From contig OZ253580.1 in the NCBI GenBank assembly GCA_965263035.1, positions 5,568,001 to 5,632,000 of the forward strand: a stretch of 64,000 nt of DNA, given 5' to 3'. The stretch is from Acidobacteriota bacterium (GTDB lineage Bacteria > Acidobacteriota > UBA6911 > RPQK01 > JAJDTT01). The notes under the pieces are model-generated. The model searched no databases and was not told where the DNA came from. It was given only the letters and a program-made list of their open reading frames with translations. How positions within the stretch are numbered: the stretch's first letter is position 1; every line of letters starts with the position of its first letter. Positions 28,345-39,144 of the stretch are shown here, piece after piece. The position numbers were made by a program, and so were the translations under genes.

Positions 28345-28552
28345 TGCGGTCCGTCCCGCCAAGTCGTGAACCGCAAGCGTGGAACATCACCTGCTGATGT
28401 CTCGCTTAGTTTGTCCCGGGGCACCTATCGAACCATTCCACTGCAGAGAGAAACCGGCAAAATTCGTCAGGACTCCACGTTGGAGACGTCTCTGGACGCC
28501 GCGTCCGCTCCACGCTGAATCCGGACGACTATCTACAAGTCGTCAAGAGCAC

Positions 28553-29710
28553 TTAGGCGCTCGATATGGACTCCAGGAACTCGCGGGCGATCCGCTCATA
28601 ACGGTCCGGGTCCAGGTTCCAGGACCGGCCGTGGGAGGCACCGTGAAACGTCTCGCACCGGACCAGATCGGGACGGGAGCGGGCCAGCAGTTGGCTGGTT
28701 CGGAGCGGAACCAGGGTGTCTGCGCCGCCATGGAACACCAACGTGGGCGCCTGCAGGTGTTCCGTCTCCCTGACGTAATTCAGCTCCGTCCAGGGGAGCC
28801 CGAAACGAACTCGAGCCAGGGTCTTCGCCGCGTGGCGGAATAGCCAGGGATACCCTCGGTTTCGGGCGGCGAAGTCCACCGTGGCCTCAAGATCCAGGAC
28901 CGGCGAGTCCAGTATGACTCCCTTGACGGACCGAGCCAGGACCGATCGCCGCAGGAAACTCATGACCACGGATCCGCCCATGCTGTAGCCGACCAGGACC
29001 AAGCTTCGAGCCCCGGCCTCCAGGGCATGGCGAGCGGCTCCTTCCAGATCCTCCCACTCGGTGAGTCCATACCAGTGGCGTCCGTCCGGAGCGGGCTCGG
29101 TCTCCAGATCGTTTCGATAGGAGATGACCAGGCCGGGAAAGCCCAGATCCGCCGCCACCTTGAGCAGGGGGAAGGAGCGGAGGGCGCCGCTCGGCGGCGC
29201 GCCCCGTTTTCCGTGGACGAAGATGACCCAGGTGGCGCGGGAACCGGGGATCAGCCAGGCGGGGAAACGGCCCAGCGGCGAGCGGTATCGGACCGGTTGG
29301 ACCCGCAACCCGAAGGCTTCTTCCGGGTCGTCGGGAAAGGCGAAGCTGGTGAGCGTCACCTGGGTGCCGGGCGCCGGGTCTCCGTTCAGAAGACGAAGGC
29401 TTCGAGTCACCTTCCTCTTCCCCAGGTGCAAAATCTTGCCAACTTGGCCGTAACCCTCCGGCCAGCGCAGACCCCAGAGACCCTCCTGACGCCAGCCGTG
29501 GCTGGACCCGGTCTCCGGGAGGACTCCCAACGTCAAACGGTCCGATTCGACGTTGAGAACTTCAAGGGGCCGCGAGCCTCCCTGCGTCCTGGGTTCCAGG
29601 ACCCGGCGGCGGATCCGGTTGGAGAGGTGCCATGCTCCGGCCAGCCAGGCGGCGGCCAGGATGGCTAGCAAGAGGGCCAGCCACGCCGGGAAGGTCAGCG
29701 GGGTCTCCAT
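28553..29710 (-). CDS. Membrane-anchored alpha/beta hydrolase
   Basis: N-terminal TM helix, VIFVHG, GYSMGG nucleophile, VFHGGADTLVP, ASHG; start reassigned to METPLTF. Confidence 0.85.
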   Translation of the reverse strand: METPLTFPAWLALLLAILAAAWLAGAWHLSNRIRRRVLEPRTQGGSRPLEVLNVESDRLTLGVLPETGSSHGWRQEGLWGLRWPEGYGQVGKILHLGKRKVTRSLRLLNGDPAPGTQVTLTSFAFPDDPEEAFGLRVQPVRYRSPLGRFPAWLIPGSRATWVIFVHGKRGAPPSGALRSFPLLKVAADLGFPGLVISYRNDLETEPAPDGRHWYGLTEWEDLEGAARHALEAGARSLVLVGYSMGGSVVMSFLRRSVLARSVKGVILDSPVLDLEATVDFAARNRGYPWLFRHAAKTLARVRFGLPWTELNYVRETEHLQAPTLVFHGGADTLVPLRTSQLLARSRPDLVRCETFHGASHGRSWNLDPDRYERIAREFLESISSA

Positions 29711-29763
29711 CGGTTTCGATGGGTCGGAAGGAGGCCGGAAACGGCGTCCCGCATCACCGGGCG

Positions 29764-30216
29764 TTACTCCGCCAGTTCCCGGTCCAGCATCTTGCGGTGT
29801 TTGGCGGACAGGGACCGGCTCCGGCGGCGGGTCTTGGACCCCGGCTCGGGCTCTTTCGTGTTCTTGAGGAAGACGACGACCACCACGCCCCCGAAAGTCA
29901 GGACGACGAAGGGGAGGACCCAGGCCAACAGATTGAATCCCTCGGGTTTGGGAGCCCCGTAGATCTTGGGACCAAACTCTTTTTCGTATTTCGCAAAGAC
30001 CTGCTCCTCCGTCATCCCGCTGGCCAGCAACTGCTGGATGTGGGCTCTGATCTGTGGAGCCGGGCCGCACTCGTCTCCGCAGTCCCCTACCAGGTGGGGG
30101 CAGTCGCAGAGGCACTTCATGTTCGATTCGATCCGCTTCAGGGTTTCCTCATCGGCGCCCAACGCGCCGGAGACGGCAAGAGCGAGATAGGAGGGGAGAA
30201 GGAGTCTGACCAGCAT
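29764..30216 (-). CDS. ccmH: CcmH/CycL-like cytochrome c biogenesis protein
   Basis: Signal peptide, Cys cluster KCLCDC..DC..EC, 'GMTEEQVFAKYEKEFGPKIYGAP..GFNLLAWVLP' and a TM helix typical of the CcmH N-domain. Confidence 0.7.
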   Translation of the reverse strand: MLVRLLLPSYLALAVSGALGADEETLKRIESNMKCLCDCPHLVGDCGDECGPAPQIRAHIQQLLASGMTEEQVFAKYEKEFGPKIYGAPKPEGFNLLAWVLPFVVLTFGGVVVVVFLKNTKEPEPGSKTRRRSRSLSAKHRKMLDRELAE

Positions 30217-30323
30217 TGACGGCATTGTATACGAAGGGTTCGCGAACTGCTCTCCGGCGTGGCCCGATGCAGACCCCGACTTGCGCCGGCCGGAGAATTG
30301 CGCCATCTTGCCGGATGACGACC

Positions 30324-31277
30324 ATGCCGCGAATCCTGACCGTTGCCGCAGCCCAGTCCGGCCCCGTCTCCCGCTCCGAGACCCGGGCAGACGTGGTCGA
30401 ACGCCTGCTCTCGCAGATGCGGGAGGCGAGCCGCCTCGGTTGCGACCTGGTGGTCTTCACGGAAGTGGCCCTGACGGCATTCTTCGCCCACTGGTACATG
30501 GAAGACCAGGATGAGATCGATGCCTGGTTCGAGCGGGAGATGCCGGGACCCGAGACCCGGAGACTGTTCGACGAGGCCAAAGAGCTGGGCATCGGGTTCC
30601 ACCTGGGTTACGCCGAGTTGACCCGCGAGGAAGGGCGGACGCGCCGTTTCAACACGTCCATACTGGTGGGCAAGGACGGCCGGATCATCGGCAAGTACCG
30701 GAAGATCCACCTGCCCGGGCACGCCGAGCACCAGCCCGGAGACCGGTACCAGAACCTGGAGAAGTACTATTTCGATCGGGGAAACCTGGGGTTTCGAACC
30801 TGGCGGGCCTTTGGAGGGGTGGTGGGCCTGTGCACCTGCTACGATCGCCGCTGGCCGGAGACCTACCGGGTGCTGGCGTTGCGCGGCGCCGAGTTGATTC
30901 TGTTGGGATACAACACCCCCGACTCCTGGCCCGACCGTCCCGGGAAGGCGCCGTTGGCCCGGTTTCACAACCTGCTCTGCATGCAGGCGGGCGCCTACCA
31001 GAACGGCGTCTGGGTGGTGGGAGTCGCCAAGGCCGGCGTCGAAGCGGGTGTGAGCCAGATCGGCCAGAGCTGCATCATCTCTCCGAGGGGAGAAATCGAA
31101 GCCATGGCAACCACCCTGGAGGACGAACTGGTGGTGGCCCAATGCGACCTGGAACAGACCACCAGGTACAGAAAGCACGCCCTCAACTTCGATGAGAACC
31201 GGAGCATCCGGGACTATGGCCCGATCACCGAGGGAGCGGGAGCCGTATCTCCGGAAGGATCCCTCGACACGACCTGA
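30324..31277 (+). CDS. Nitrilase-superfamily N-carbamoyl-D-amino acid amidohydrolase-like protein
   Basis: VVFTE, GKYRKIHLPGH, CYDRRWPE (Glu-Lys-Cys triad), GAYQN. Confidence 0.88.
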   Translation: MPRILTVAAAQSGPVSRSETRADVVERLLSQMREASRLGCDLVVFTEVALTAFFAHWYMEDQDEIDAWFEREMPGPETRRLFDEAKELGIGFHLGYAELTREEGRTRRFNTSILVGKDGRIIGKYRKIHLPGHAEHQPGDRYQNLEKYYFDRGNLGFRTWRAFGGVVGLCTCYDRRWPETYRVLALRGAELILLGYNTPDSWPDRPGKAPLARFHNLLCMQAGAYQNGVWVVGVAKAGVEAGVSQIGQSCIISPRGEIEAMATTLEDELVVAQCDLEQTTRYRKHALNFDENRSIRDYGPITEGAGAVSPEGSLDTT

Positions 31278-31314
31278 GGCCGGACCTTCCCTTCCGCACT
31301 GGCGAGACGATGCC

Positions 31315-32418
31315 ATGAGCTCATTCCTGTTTCTCTTCTGGGGACTCTTCCTGGTCCTGAACGAACCCGTCGCCGCGTCCGGCGCCGAACCGGTCCGTCT
31401 GGACCGCAACGAACTGCTCCAATATCGCGATTCCCAGGGAAGAATCCGACCGGTCGAGACGGTCGCGGACTGGGAACGGCGCCGAGCCGAGATCGTGCGG
31501 GGGATGCAGGAGGTGATGGGTGAGATGCCCGGCGAGGATCGTCGCGTCCCCTTGGAACTTCGGGTCGTGGAGGAGGTCGATCGCGGGACCTACGTCCGGC
31601 GCCTCATCACCTACCAGTCCGAACCGGAGTCGCGCACACCGGCCTACCTCTGCATTCCCAAGGAGGTGCTGGCGGGAAAGCGGCGGGCCCCGGCGGTGCT
31701 CTGCCTGCACGGGACCAACATGGAAGTGGGACACAAGGTCGTCGTCGAACCGGGGTCCCGGCGTGGACGCGCCTACGCCAAGGAGCTGGCCGAGCGGGGT
31801 TACGTCACCCTTTCGCCCGCCTATCCTCACATGGCCAACTACTGGCCTAATCTGGGAGCCCTCGGCTATGTGAGCGGCACCATGAAGGCCATCTGGGACA
31901 ACTCCCGCGGCCTGGACCTGCTGGCCTCGCTGCCCTACGTGGACGCCACACCGGGGTTCGCCGCAATCGGCCAGTCGTTGGGCGGGCACAATGCCATCTA
32001 TACGGCGGTGCTGGACCAGCGCATCCAGGCCGTGGTCAGCAGTTGCGGATTCGATTCCTATCTGGATTATTACGGCGGCGACACGGCTCGCTGGTACTTC
32101 GGGAAGGGCTGGTGCCAGATCCGTTACATGCCCCGGCTGTCCAACTACCGGGGACGCTTGGAGAAGATCCCGTTCGATTTTCACGAGTTGCTGGGCGCCC
32201 TGGCTCCACGTCCAATCTTCGTCAATGCCCCGCTGGGAGACGGCAACTTCCAATGGCGGAGTGTCGACCGCTGCGTCGCCGCGGCGAGGCCCGTCTATCG
32301 CCTTCTGGGGGATGAGAAGAACCTCATCGTCCGTCATCCAGACTGCGGCCACGAGTTCCCGGATGAAGTCCGGTACGAAGCCTTCCGATTCATCGATTCG
32401 GTGTTGAAGAGAAGATAG
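31315..32418 (+). CDS. Secreted alpha/beta hydrolase (dienelactone hydrolase/esterase-like)
   Basis: Signal peptide, PAVLCLHG, GQSLGGHN, LAPRP, CGHEF. Confidence 0.85.
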   Translation: MSSFLFLFWGLFLVLNEPVAASGAEPVRLDRNELLQYRDSQGRIRPVETVADWERRRAEIVRGMQEVMGEMPGEDRRVPLELRVVEEVDRGTYVRRLITYQSEPESRTPAYLCIPKEVLAGKRRAPAVLCLHGTNMEVGHKVVVEPGSRRGRAYAKELAERGYVTLSPAYPHMANYWPNLGALGYVSGTMKAIWDNSRGLDLLASLPYVDATPGFAAIGQSLGGHNAIYTAVLDQRIQAVVSSCGFDSYLDYYGGDTARWYFGKGWCQIRYMPRLSNYRGRLEKIPFDFHELLGALAPRPIFVNAPLGDGNFQWRSVDRCVAAARPVYRLLGDEKNLIVRHPDCGHEFPDEVRYEAFRFIDSVLKRR

Positions 32419-32430
32419 GAGACAAGGCAC

Positions 32431-33048
32431 ATGTCTAAACATGAAGACGACACGAGTACGGACCAGCCGAACACCGGTCTGCACAAGCGTATTCTTACTA
32501 CTCTCATGCGTCAGTATGAGAAGCCGGTCATGAACAACACTTATCGTGCCGATTATGTGGAATGTTTGATTGCGTTTACGCTCGGAAACAATTGGTCGCT
32601 GACTTGGACAAAGGGATGGGACTGGGCCGCATGGGACTGCCAGCACACGAACGGAACGCGGCTTGAGATCAAGCAGTCCGCGGCAAGACAATCATGGGAC
32701 CGTGAGAATCGCGCCAAGCGCAGATAACCTCAGTTCGACATCAAACCGCGTACTGGATATTGGACGCAGGACGGGAGCCGATGGGTGGACTCGCCGGGTC
32801 GTTTGGCGGATGTGTATATTTTCGCGTGGCACGATAAACGGCGAGTTGGAAATGCGGATCACCGAGACGCCGACCAATGGGTTTTTTTCGTGGTACCAGA
32901 AACGGACTTACCCCGGGAACAAAAGAGCATTGGATTGGGCAGGCTCAAGAAAATAGGGTCTCCGTGTCGCATCTGGGACCTGAGCCTCTCGGTCGAGAAT
33001 GCATGCCCCCCACTGGGAGTACTGAAGGCTGAAATCGAGTCGGTCTAA
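32431..33048 (+). pseudogene. PD-(D/E)XK restriction-endonuclease-like protein interrupted by in-frame TAA (32725-32727)
   Basis: ORFs 32431-32727 and 32785-33048 share a frame; motif YVE...WD...RLEIKQSA; lower GC than flanks. Confidence 0.65.
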
Positions 33049-33154
33049 CCTGAAGTTTATCCACTGAGGTCGTGCGATTACCACCGCCGCCACTGGACGG
33101 CGCTCCCTGATTCATCCGGTTTTCAGGGGGATCGGAAGCCGAGACCCGACCCGA

Positions 33155-35926
33155 TCAATCCAGGGAGATTGCGACCCGCTTGAGAACCGCGAAACGGTCT
33201 CCGTTATCGGACCTAAGGGTCACCCGATACTGGAGGCAGCGGTCGCTCTCCTCCACCGCAGCACTTCCCTCGAAGGGTCTCCACGCGCTTCCCTGCAGCG
33301 CCTCCCCCGTGTCCGCGCTCCGCAGCTCGAAGCTCAGGCCGGTTCCTTCCGGAGCGTCGGCCTGGACCTCCAGGGCCGCACCACCGGCGGCTCCCTCCCA
33401 GTGAAACAGGGAGGACTCGTACGTCTGCTCCCAGCGGCGATGGGCGATGTGGCCCATGTCCTGATCGCCCATCCAGTGGGGCCCGATGGTGGGCAGGAAT
33501 TGGACCCGGGGATCGGCGAAGCGGTTGCCGTCGTTGAAATAGACCCGCGAGGAGGTGTGGTGGTCGCCGTCCTTGGTGTGACACGACACGGCCAGGTCCA
33601 AGCGCCCGTCCCGGTCGAAATCTCCGGCCTGGGCGTCGTGGGCCGAATCACAGATGAGGATGGTCCGGTTCCGAGTCCCCAGGCCCTCGGGACCTCCCCA
33701 GTAGAGGTAGCAGGGAAGGGACTCGCGGGTCAGTTCCGCGTGGTAGTGGGGAGAGAAGACGTCCAGGTACCCGTCGCCGTCCCAGTCGGCCACGGCCAGG
33801 CCGATGGGGGTGAAGCCCGGAAGCCACTGGGCGTTCCAGGCCCGGAATCCCCCTTGGGATCCCCAAAAGATAAGGCTCCCCGTGTCGTGGTGACCCGACG
33901 GCTTGTCGTAATAGCTGCCCACCAACAGGTCCTGGAAACCGTCCTGGTTCAGGTCCGCCGTCTCCAGACTGATGGGCATGGGAGAGTCGACGCCTCCCTG
34001 GCGTTTTGCGTCGAACCCCTCGGGACCGCCCCAGAAGACTCGGACGCGGTCTGCCATGCTGGAGCTAACGGCGATGTCGAGCCATCCGTCCCGGTTGAAA
34101 TCGGCCACCGCGCACCCTGTGGACCGCCCCGGAGAGGGGACGGCGGCCCTCCGGCTGCCGTCAAAACCCCGGGCCGTTCCGTAGTGGATGACCAGTTCGT
34201 CGGGGGTCTCTGGGTCCCGGTCCTCAAAGGCGCCCAGAATCAGATCCAAATGGCCGTCCCGGTCCAGATCGGCCACGTTGCTGGACCCGAGATTGAGCTC
34301 GCGTAGCGTCGTCCGGCGTTCCAGGTCGAACCCGCCGGCGCCTCCCCACAGGATGTTGGCACCCAGAATGGGTGAGGCCAGGGCCGCCGCGCCGCCGTGG
34401 CCCGAGTTCAGGACCACGAGATCGGCGTAACCGTCAGCGTTCAGATCGGCGCCGGTGGACTCGTATCCGCTCTGAAACGGGATCTCCCAGACGGAATCGG
34501 CGTCGAAGCCTTTGGGACCGCCCCAATAGACCTGAAGCGGCACCTTCTCGTCCACGGTCCCTTTTCGGCTGTTGGAGAAGGCGGCATGGGCCGGAACCGA
34601 GTCGCGGGCGGGGATGACGACGACGTCGGTCGCTCCGATGGTCTCGACGCCCCGTCCCGATCTCTCCAGAGTTCGGCCTTCTATGCCCCAATAGATCCAG
34701 GAATCGGTGGTGAAGCTGTCGGCGCCCTGGTAGCGGGCCAGCGCCAGGTCGGCACGGCCGTCGGCGTTCAAGTCGCCGATGGCGGAAGCCGACGCGAACG
34801 GAGCCTCCAGATCGAGGCGCGCTTCTCTGGAATAGCCGGACGGACCACCCCACAACACCCGGACCAGATTCGAGTCGCGGCCGGCGCCGGCAATTTCTCC
34901 TCCACCGGCTCGGGAAAGGGCCAGATCCACCAGGACCAGGTCGGGCTAATCGTCCGCGTCCAGCCGTCCCGAGGCCACGTGCGTGGCGGGAAACGCCGGG
35001 ATCGAGACCGCCGTCTGAAACTGTCTTCCCGGACTCCCCTCCGCAATGTAAAAGTCGTCTCCTCCCGTTCCCACTAGGAGATCGGGAAGGGTGTCCCGGT
35101 TCACGTCGTCCGCCTCCAGGCAGATCCCTCCGGTGCCCGGAAGCGGGATCCGGGTCGATTCGGGAGCTTCCGTCTTCCCGCCGGGCGCGGACCAGAACAG
35201 TTGGACGTTGCGTTTGGCCAGAACTGCCACGTCCCGGCCTCCGTCCCCGTCCAGGTCCTCGGCGACCAGGTCGATGCCATCGGGAACACCGAGGTCCAGC
35301 CGCCGGGCCAGCAGGTATCCGCGTTCGCTACCCCAGAAGATGCGGACGATGTTGCCCTCGGGTTGTCCGGGGAGCCACGCCTCCCGGTTCAGGGTCACGA
35401 TTTCAGGCCAGTCGTCCCGGTTCAGATCGGCGATGGCTACGGCTTGCGCGCCGTACACCGGAAGGACCCCGTTGCTCCGGGAGGCCGGCCAGCCGTCTTC
35501 ACCTCCCCAGATGATGGTCAGCAGCCGGCGCGGATTCTGGATTCCGCCGTGGTTTGGACAGAAGACCAGGTCGGGGTGGCCGTCCCGGTTCAGATCGGCC
35601 GCGGCGATGCCCTTGCTTCCCTCCACCGCCAGAGGCGACTCAAGGAGGCTGCCGTCCGAATTCACCGAGACCAGGGTTCCCGGCAGGTATCCGGCGGTGT
35701 CGTGAGTACTGTTGAAGACCAGGTCCAGGAAGCCGTCCTGGTTCAGGTCGAAGCGATGAATGGTGCGGATGGAGCCGTCCCGGCTCACGTACAGGTTCTG
35801 GCCGGAGGCGTCCAGCCGCCCGTCGGCGAAATCCTGGAACGAGTCTTCGACCCAGACGGTCTTTCTGGCTGCCTGCAGTGGGGAAAGTGTAAGGATCAGG
35901 GAGAGGAGAAATCCGATTGCTCTCAT
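33155..35926 (-). pseudogene. Secreted FG-GAP/VCBS-repeat protein split by in-frame TAG (34946-34948)
   Basis: Both ORFs share a frame: GRLDADD*PDLVLV lies within one DxxxDxxxDL repeat; colinear with the intact paralog at 48186-50987. Confidence 0.8.
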
Positions 35927-35991
35927 CGCGCAAGTATAGCAACAACCAGGAATTGTGAATTTGAGAGGGAAGAAGAGGAGAGCGATTCGCG

Positions 35992-36999
35992 TCACTTCTG
36001 TCGGTCCAGCCAAGCGCGCAGGCGCGCGGCTTCCTCGTCCGCGAGCGGGTCGAGTTCGGCTTGATAGAGCCGTGAGCGAACGACGAAACGGTCCATGTCG
36101 TCTGGCGCCGTGTCCCGTTCGATGACTTCCTGCACCTTGCGCGTGAAGAAGTGGCCCCAGTCGGGTTTCCGCCCGTCGAGGTCGGTGAAGCCGTACTCCC
36201 TTGCCAGTCCCCAGCTTGAGAACAGCCCGCCGTTCTTCTGCTCGACATGGGGATCAGCGGCCAGCGCCGCCACCGCTCGGCCAACGAAGCAGGGCGTCTC
36301 GGACTCGGCGAAATAAGGATCTTTCTCGATGCCGTCCCGCCAGTTCGCCTCGGTGACCCCCAAGACGTCGAGCACCGCCTCGGAGCGGAGAAAGCCCGGG
36401 GTGATCGCCAGCGCGGTCACCTGATGGGCGTGCAGGTCGGCGGCCATCGCGTAGGCGAGCCGGATCACGGCGTTCTTGGCCAGGTCGTAGAAGAGGTTTC
36501 CCCGGTACCCGAGCGTATCGCCATCGGTCACCTCGACGATGAGCCCGGCATTGCGCTCGACCATCAGCGGTGCGCCGTGCCGGCTCGTGATGATGTGACT
36601 GTGGACGGCGCGCTCCAACAACTCCATGCCCTGGGCCGTGGAAAGCGTCCAGAATGGCGATCCCCACTCCGTCAGCGCATCGCCGCCCCATATGTCGTTG
36701 ACCAGGACGTCCAGCCGATCCTGTTCGTCGCGGATGCGGGCGAAGAGTTGCTCGACTTCGGACTCAAGGGTGTGGTCGGTCCGTATGGCGAAGCCCCGGC
36801 CACCCTCCGCGGTGACCATCTCCGCCGTCTCCTCGATCGTCTCGGGTCGCCCAGCGGTGGCGGGGTGGCCCCGCACGCTGCGACCGGTGCAGTACACGGT
36901 GGCCCCCGCCGCGCCCAGCATCCGGGCGATGCCGCGGCCGGCGCCGCGCGTCGCGCCGGCGACGACTGCCACCCGGTCAAGCAGGGGCCGGTTCGGCAT
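35992..36999 (-). CDS. SDR oxidoreductase (DHRS1-like)
   Basis: AGATRGAGRGIA, VYCTGR, YDLAK. Confidence 0.88.
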   Translation of the reverse strand: MPNRPLLDRVAVVAGATRGAGRGIARMLGAAGATVYCTGRSVRGHPATAGRPETIEETAEMVTAEGGRGFAIRTDHTLESEVEQLFARIRDEQDRLDVLVNDIWGGDALTEWGSPFWTLSTAQGMELLERAVHSHIITSRHGAPLMVERNAGLIVEVTDGDTLGYRGNLFYDLAKNAVIRLAYAMAADLHAHQVTALAITPGFLRSEAVLDVLGVTEANWRDGIEKDPYFAESETPCFVGRAVAALAADPHVEQKNGGLFSSWGLAREYGFTDLDGRKPDWGHFFTRKVQEVIERDTAPDDMDRFVVRSRLYQAELDPLADEEAARLRAWLDRQK

Positions 37000-37327
37000 G
37001 GTTCGAGACTCAGCCAACACCCTGCTCATCGAGCCCGGCAACTCAAACCCTCGCGTTCCATCAACCGCATGGGATCCCGGAGATTCGGTATATCGAGGTT
37101 CGCGGACTGCATTTCAGCGCGTTATTGAGAGGCTCTGAGAGTAGCGGATCATCCTGTCCAGCGTCCACGTGTGCGTCACGGCATTACAGGGATGTTGTTC
37201 CGGACCTGCACGAGGCACTGTTCAAGAAACGTCTGGTCTACAATGAAGGGCAAGTGGAGTGGCACGATGAGTTGTCCTGGTTCCATTGAGTTGGCTGATC
37301 CGGTTAGTGGTTCCAGGAGGAGGAAGT

Positions 37328-37447
37328 ATGAGCGTACTCACAGTTGTCGGAATAGCAGTGATGTGTTTCTTTCTTTACCAGATTAAAGAAATTCTGGAGA
37401 GGCTGGATGGACGGGTGTCGAGAATTGAGGACCAGCTCGCTGACTAG
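37328..37447 (+). CDS. 39-aa small membrane peptide
   Basis: AGGAGGAGGA SD then MSVLTVVGIAVMCFFLYQIKEILERLDGRVSRIEDQLAD*; hydrophobic N-half, amphipathic C-half. Confidence 0.55.
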   Translation: MSVLTVVGIAVMCFFLYQIKEILERLDGRVSRIEDQLAD

Positions 37448-37475
37448 GAAGGCCCCTACCGGGCGCGGGCCGGCT

Positions 37476-37572
37476 CAATCCCGGCAGAAAAAGGGAATTT
37501 GGGAGCGCAAACATTCCAGCCAGCGGTTACGGATCGGAGATGAAGAGGGGGACAGGAATGTCCCCCCTCCTA
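37476..37572. repeat. REP/REPIN-like element (degenerate copy of 55366-55465)
   Basis: Shared caatcc.ggcagaaaaa...gggagcg...gatgaagagggggacaRgaatgtcccccctccta; hairpin GGGGGACA/TGTCCCCC. Confidence 0.7.
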
Positions 37573-37618
37573 TGAGCGAAACCGGAGATCACTTCAGATG
37601 GGTGGCCGGGAGGGACGC

Positions 37619-38247
37619 ATGAGACTCAAGGACAAGGTGGCGTTGGTGACGGGGTCTTCGGGGGGACTGGGCACCGGCATCTGCCGGGCCTTCGCCGCGG
37701 AGGGCACCGACTGTGTCGTGAATTACAACAGCGACCGGGCGGGGGGACAGGAGACCGCCGACTTGGTGGAGCACCTCGGCAGGAAGAGCCTCCTGGTCCA
37801 GGCTGACATCTCCCGGGAAGACCAGGTCCAGGCCATGGTGGATGCGGCGTTGGAACGCTTCGGCCGCCTGGACGTCGTCGTGGCCAATGCCGGCTATGGT
37901 CTGGCCAAGCCACTGCTGGAAACCCGGGTGGAAGAATTCGAGAAGCTGGTTCGCACCAACCTCATCGGGACCTACCTGACGGTCCGCATCGGGGCCCAGG
38001 CCATGAAGTCGCAGGGCAGCGGCAAGATCATCACCATGTCCTCGGTCCACGGACTGGGCGGGACCCACTACTGCTCCCTCTACGAAGCCACCAAGGCGGG
38101 AATCCTCAACTTCACCCGCGGCGCCGCCTTCGATCTGGGCGATTACAACATCCAGGTCAACTGCATTGCCCCGGGAGCCGTGCCCGTACCCAAGGACCCG
38201 CTCCCGGACAAAGATAGCCCACTGTATGCTGCCTGAATGCAGTACAC
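37619..38247 (+). pseudogene. Truncated duplicate of the SDR at 42134
   Basis: Near-identical to 42134-42762 (offset 4515); TGG changed to TGA at 38234-38236; homology ends at 38247. Confidence 0.9.
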
Positions 38248-38379
38248 ATTGCACCGGGACTGTCCCCATCATTGGGTAAAGTAGGGGGCGAACTCTTTGC
38301 CGCTCAACAGCAATTAGATATGAGTGGAGTTTAGCTCTCTGTGGGAGTGGGGGAGGTGTCAACTAATGTCTATAATTCC

Positions 38380-39144
38380 CTATTCCTGGGGCTGGTTCCG
38401 ATTCAACATAAACACGGCAGTATCGGCACCTAACTGGATCCACTCGAACCGATAGTAGCCACCGGGGTGACCGTTAGAGTAGAAGTAAACCTGTTCTCCT
38501 GGTTGTTCACCAGCCATGACAGCACGAACTCCATCTCGCACCTCATCCAACATGTACTTCACCGCGCCACGTCGAATTCCCCCATATCCCCAGATTACGT
38601 GATCTGCAGCGACACCAAAGATACAGATGGGCCTGCATTGCGCGCAACGTATCGCTGTCGCAGTTATTGACGTGCCAAAGGTTCGGGTTAAACTCATAAT
38701 GTCATTAATAGTAAGAATAACAGGTAGTCGAGCCTCAAATATCGACGTCGGCATCAGGCATTCAGCGGCCAGCATATCGCAGACACGTTCGACACTACTC
38801 CCGGTGCGAGGCGCGTTCCTTCCTGTACGGTCCAAGATCACGTGCGCTAGTTCGTGAGCAACAGTAAAACGTTGGCGGGAGTGTGGTTGATCTGAAGAAC
38901 AAACAATACGATACTCCCCATTCTCTTTATGCAGCTCACCGGAGCCGGGAAAACTCTCGTAAGAAATCTCCCGCACGCCCACCTTACGTCCCACCTCCAC
39001 GAGATCGGTTGGTGGACATGAGACATCCCGTATGAGTTCTGCGATCACAAACTTCACGGCGTCGCTCAATGTCCGTGCATTTGGGGCGAGTGAGCGAATA
39101 CGGCGCTCCGCTGCACCAATAGCTTTAGTTCTTCTCCTTACCAT
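38380..39144 (-). CDS. ImmA/IrrE-family (DUF955) zinc metallopeptidase
   Basis: RQRFTVAHELAH (HEXXH), E..CD.LAAECLMP, helical FGTSITATAIR segment, ~80-aa C-terminal extension. Confidence 0.9.
   Translation of the reverse strand: MVRRRTKAIGAAERRIRSLAPNARTLSDAVKFVIAELIRDVSCPPTDLVEVGRKVGVREISYESFPGSGELHKENGEYRIVCSSDQPHSRQRFTVAHELAHVILDRTGRNAPRTGSSVERVCDMLAAECLMPTSIFEARLPVILTINDIMSLTRTFGTSITATAIRCAQCRPICIFGVAADHVIWGYGGIRRGAVKYMLDEVRDGVRAVMAGEQPGEQVYFYSNGHPGGYYRFEWIQLGADTAVFMLNRNQPQE

Noticed and set aside
37030-37290. Startless open frame ending ...VPDLHEALFKKRLVYNEGQVEWHDELSWFH*
   Set aside because: Possibly a gene remnant, but no convincing start and no recognisable family.
32725-38236. Stop-codon reassignment or pyrrolysine/selenocysteine readthrough
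   Set aside because: All three stop types occur as interruptions and also end normal genes; no recoding machinery visible.
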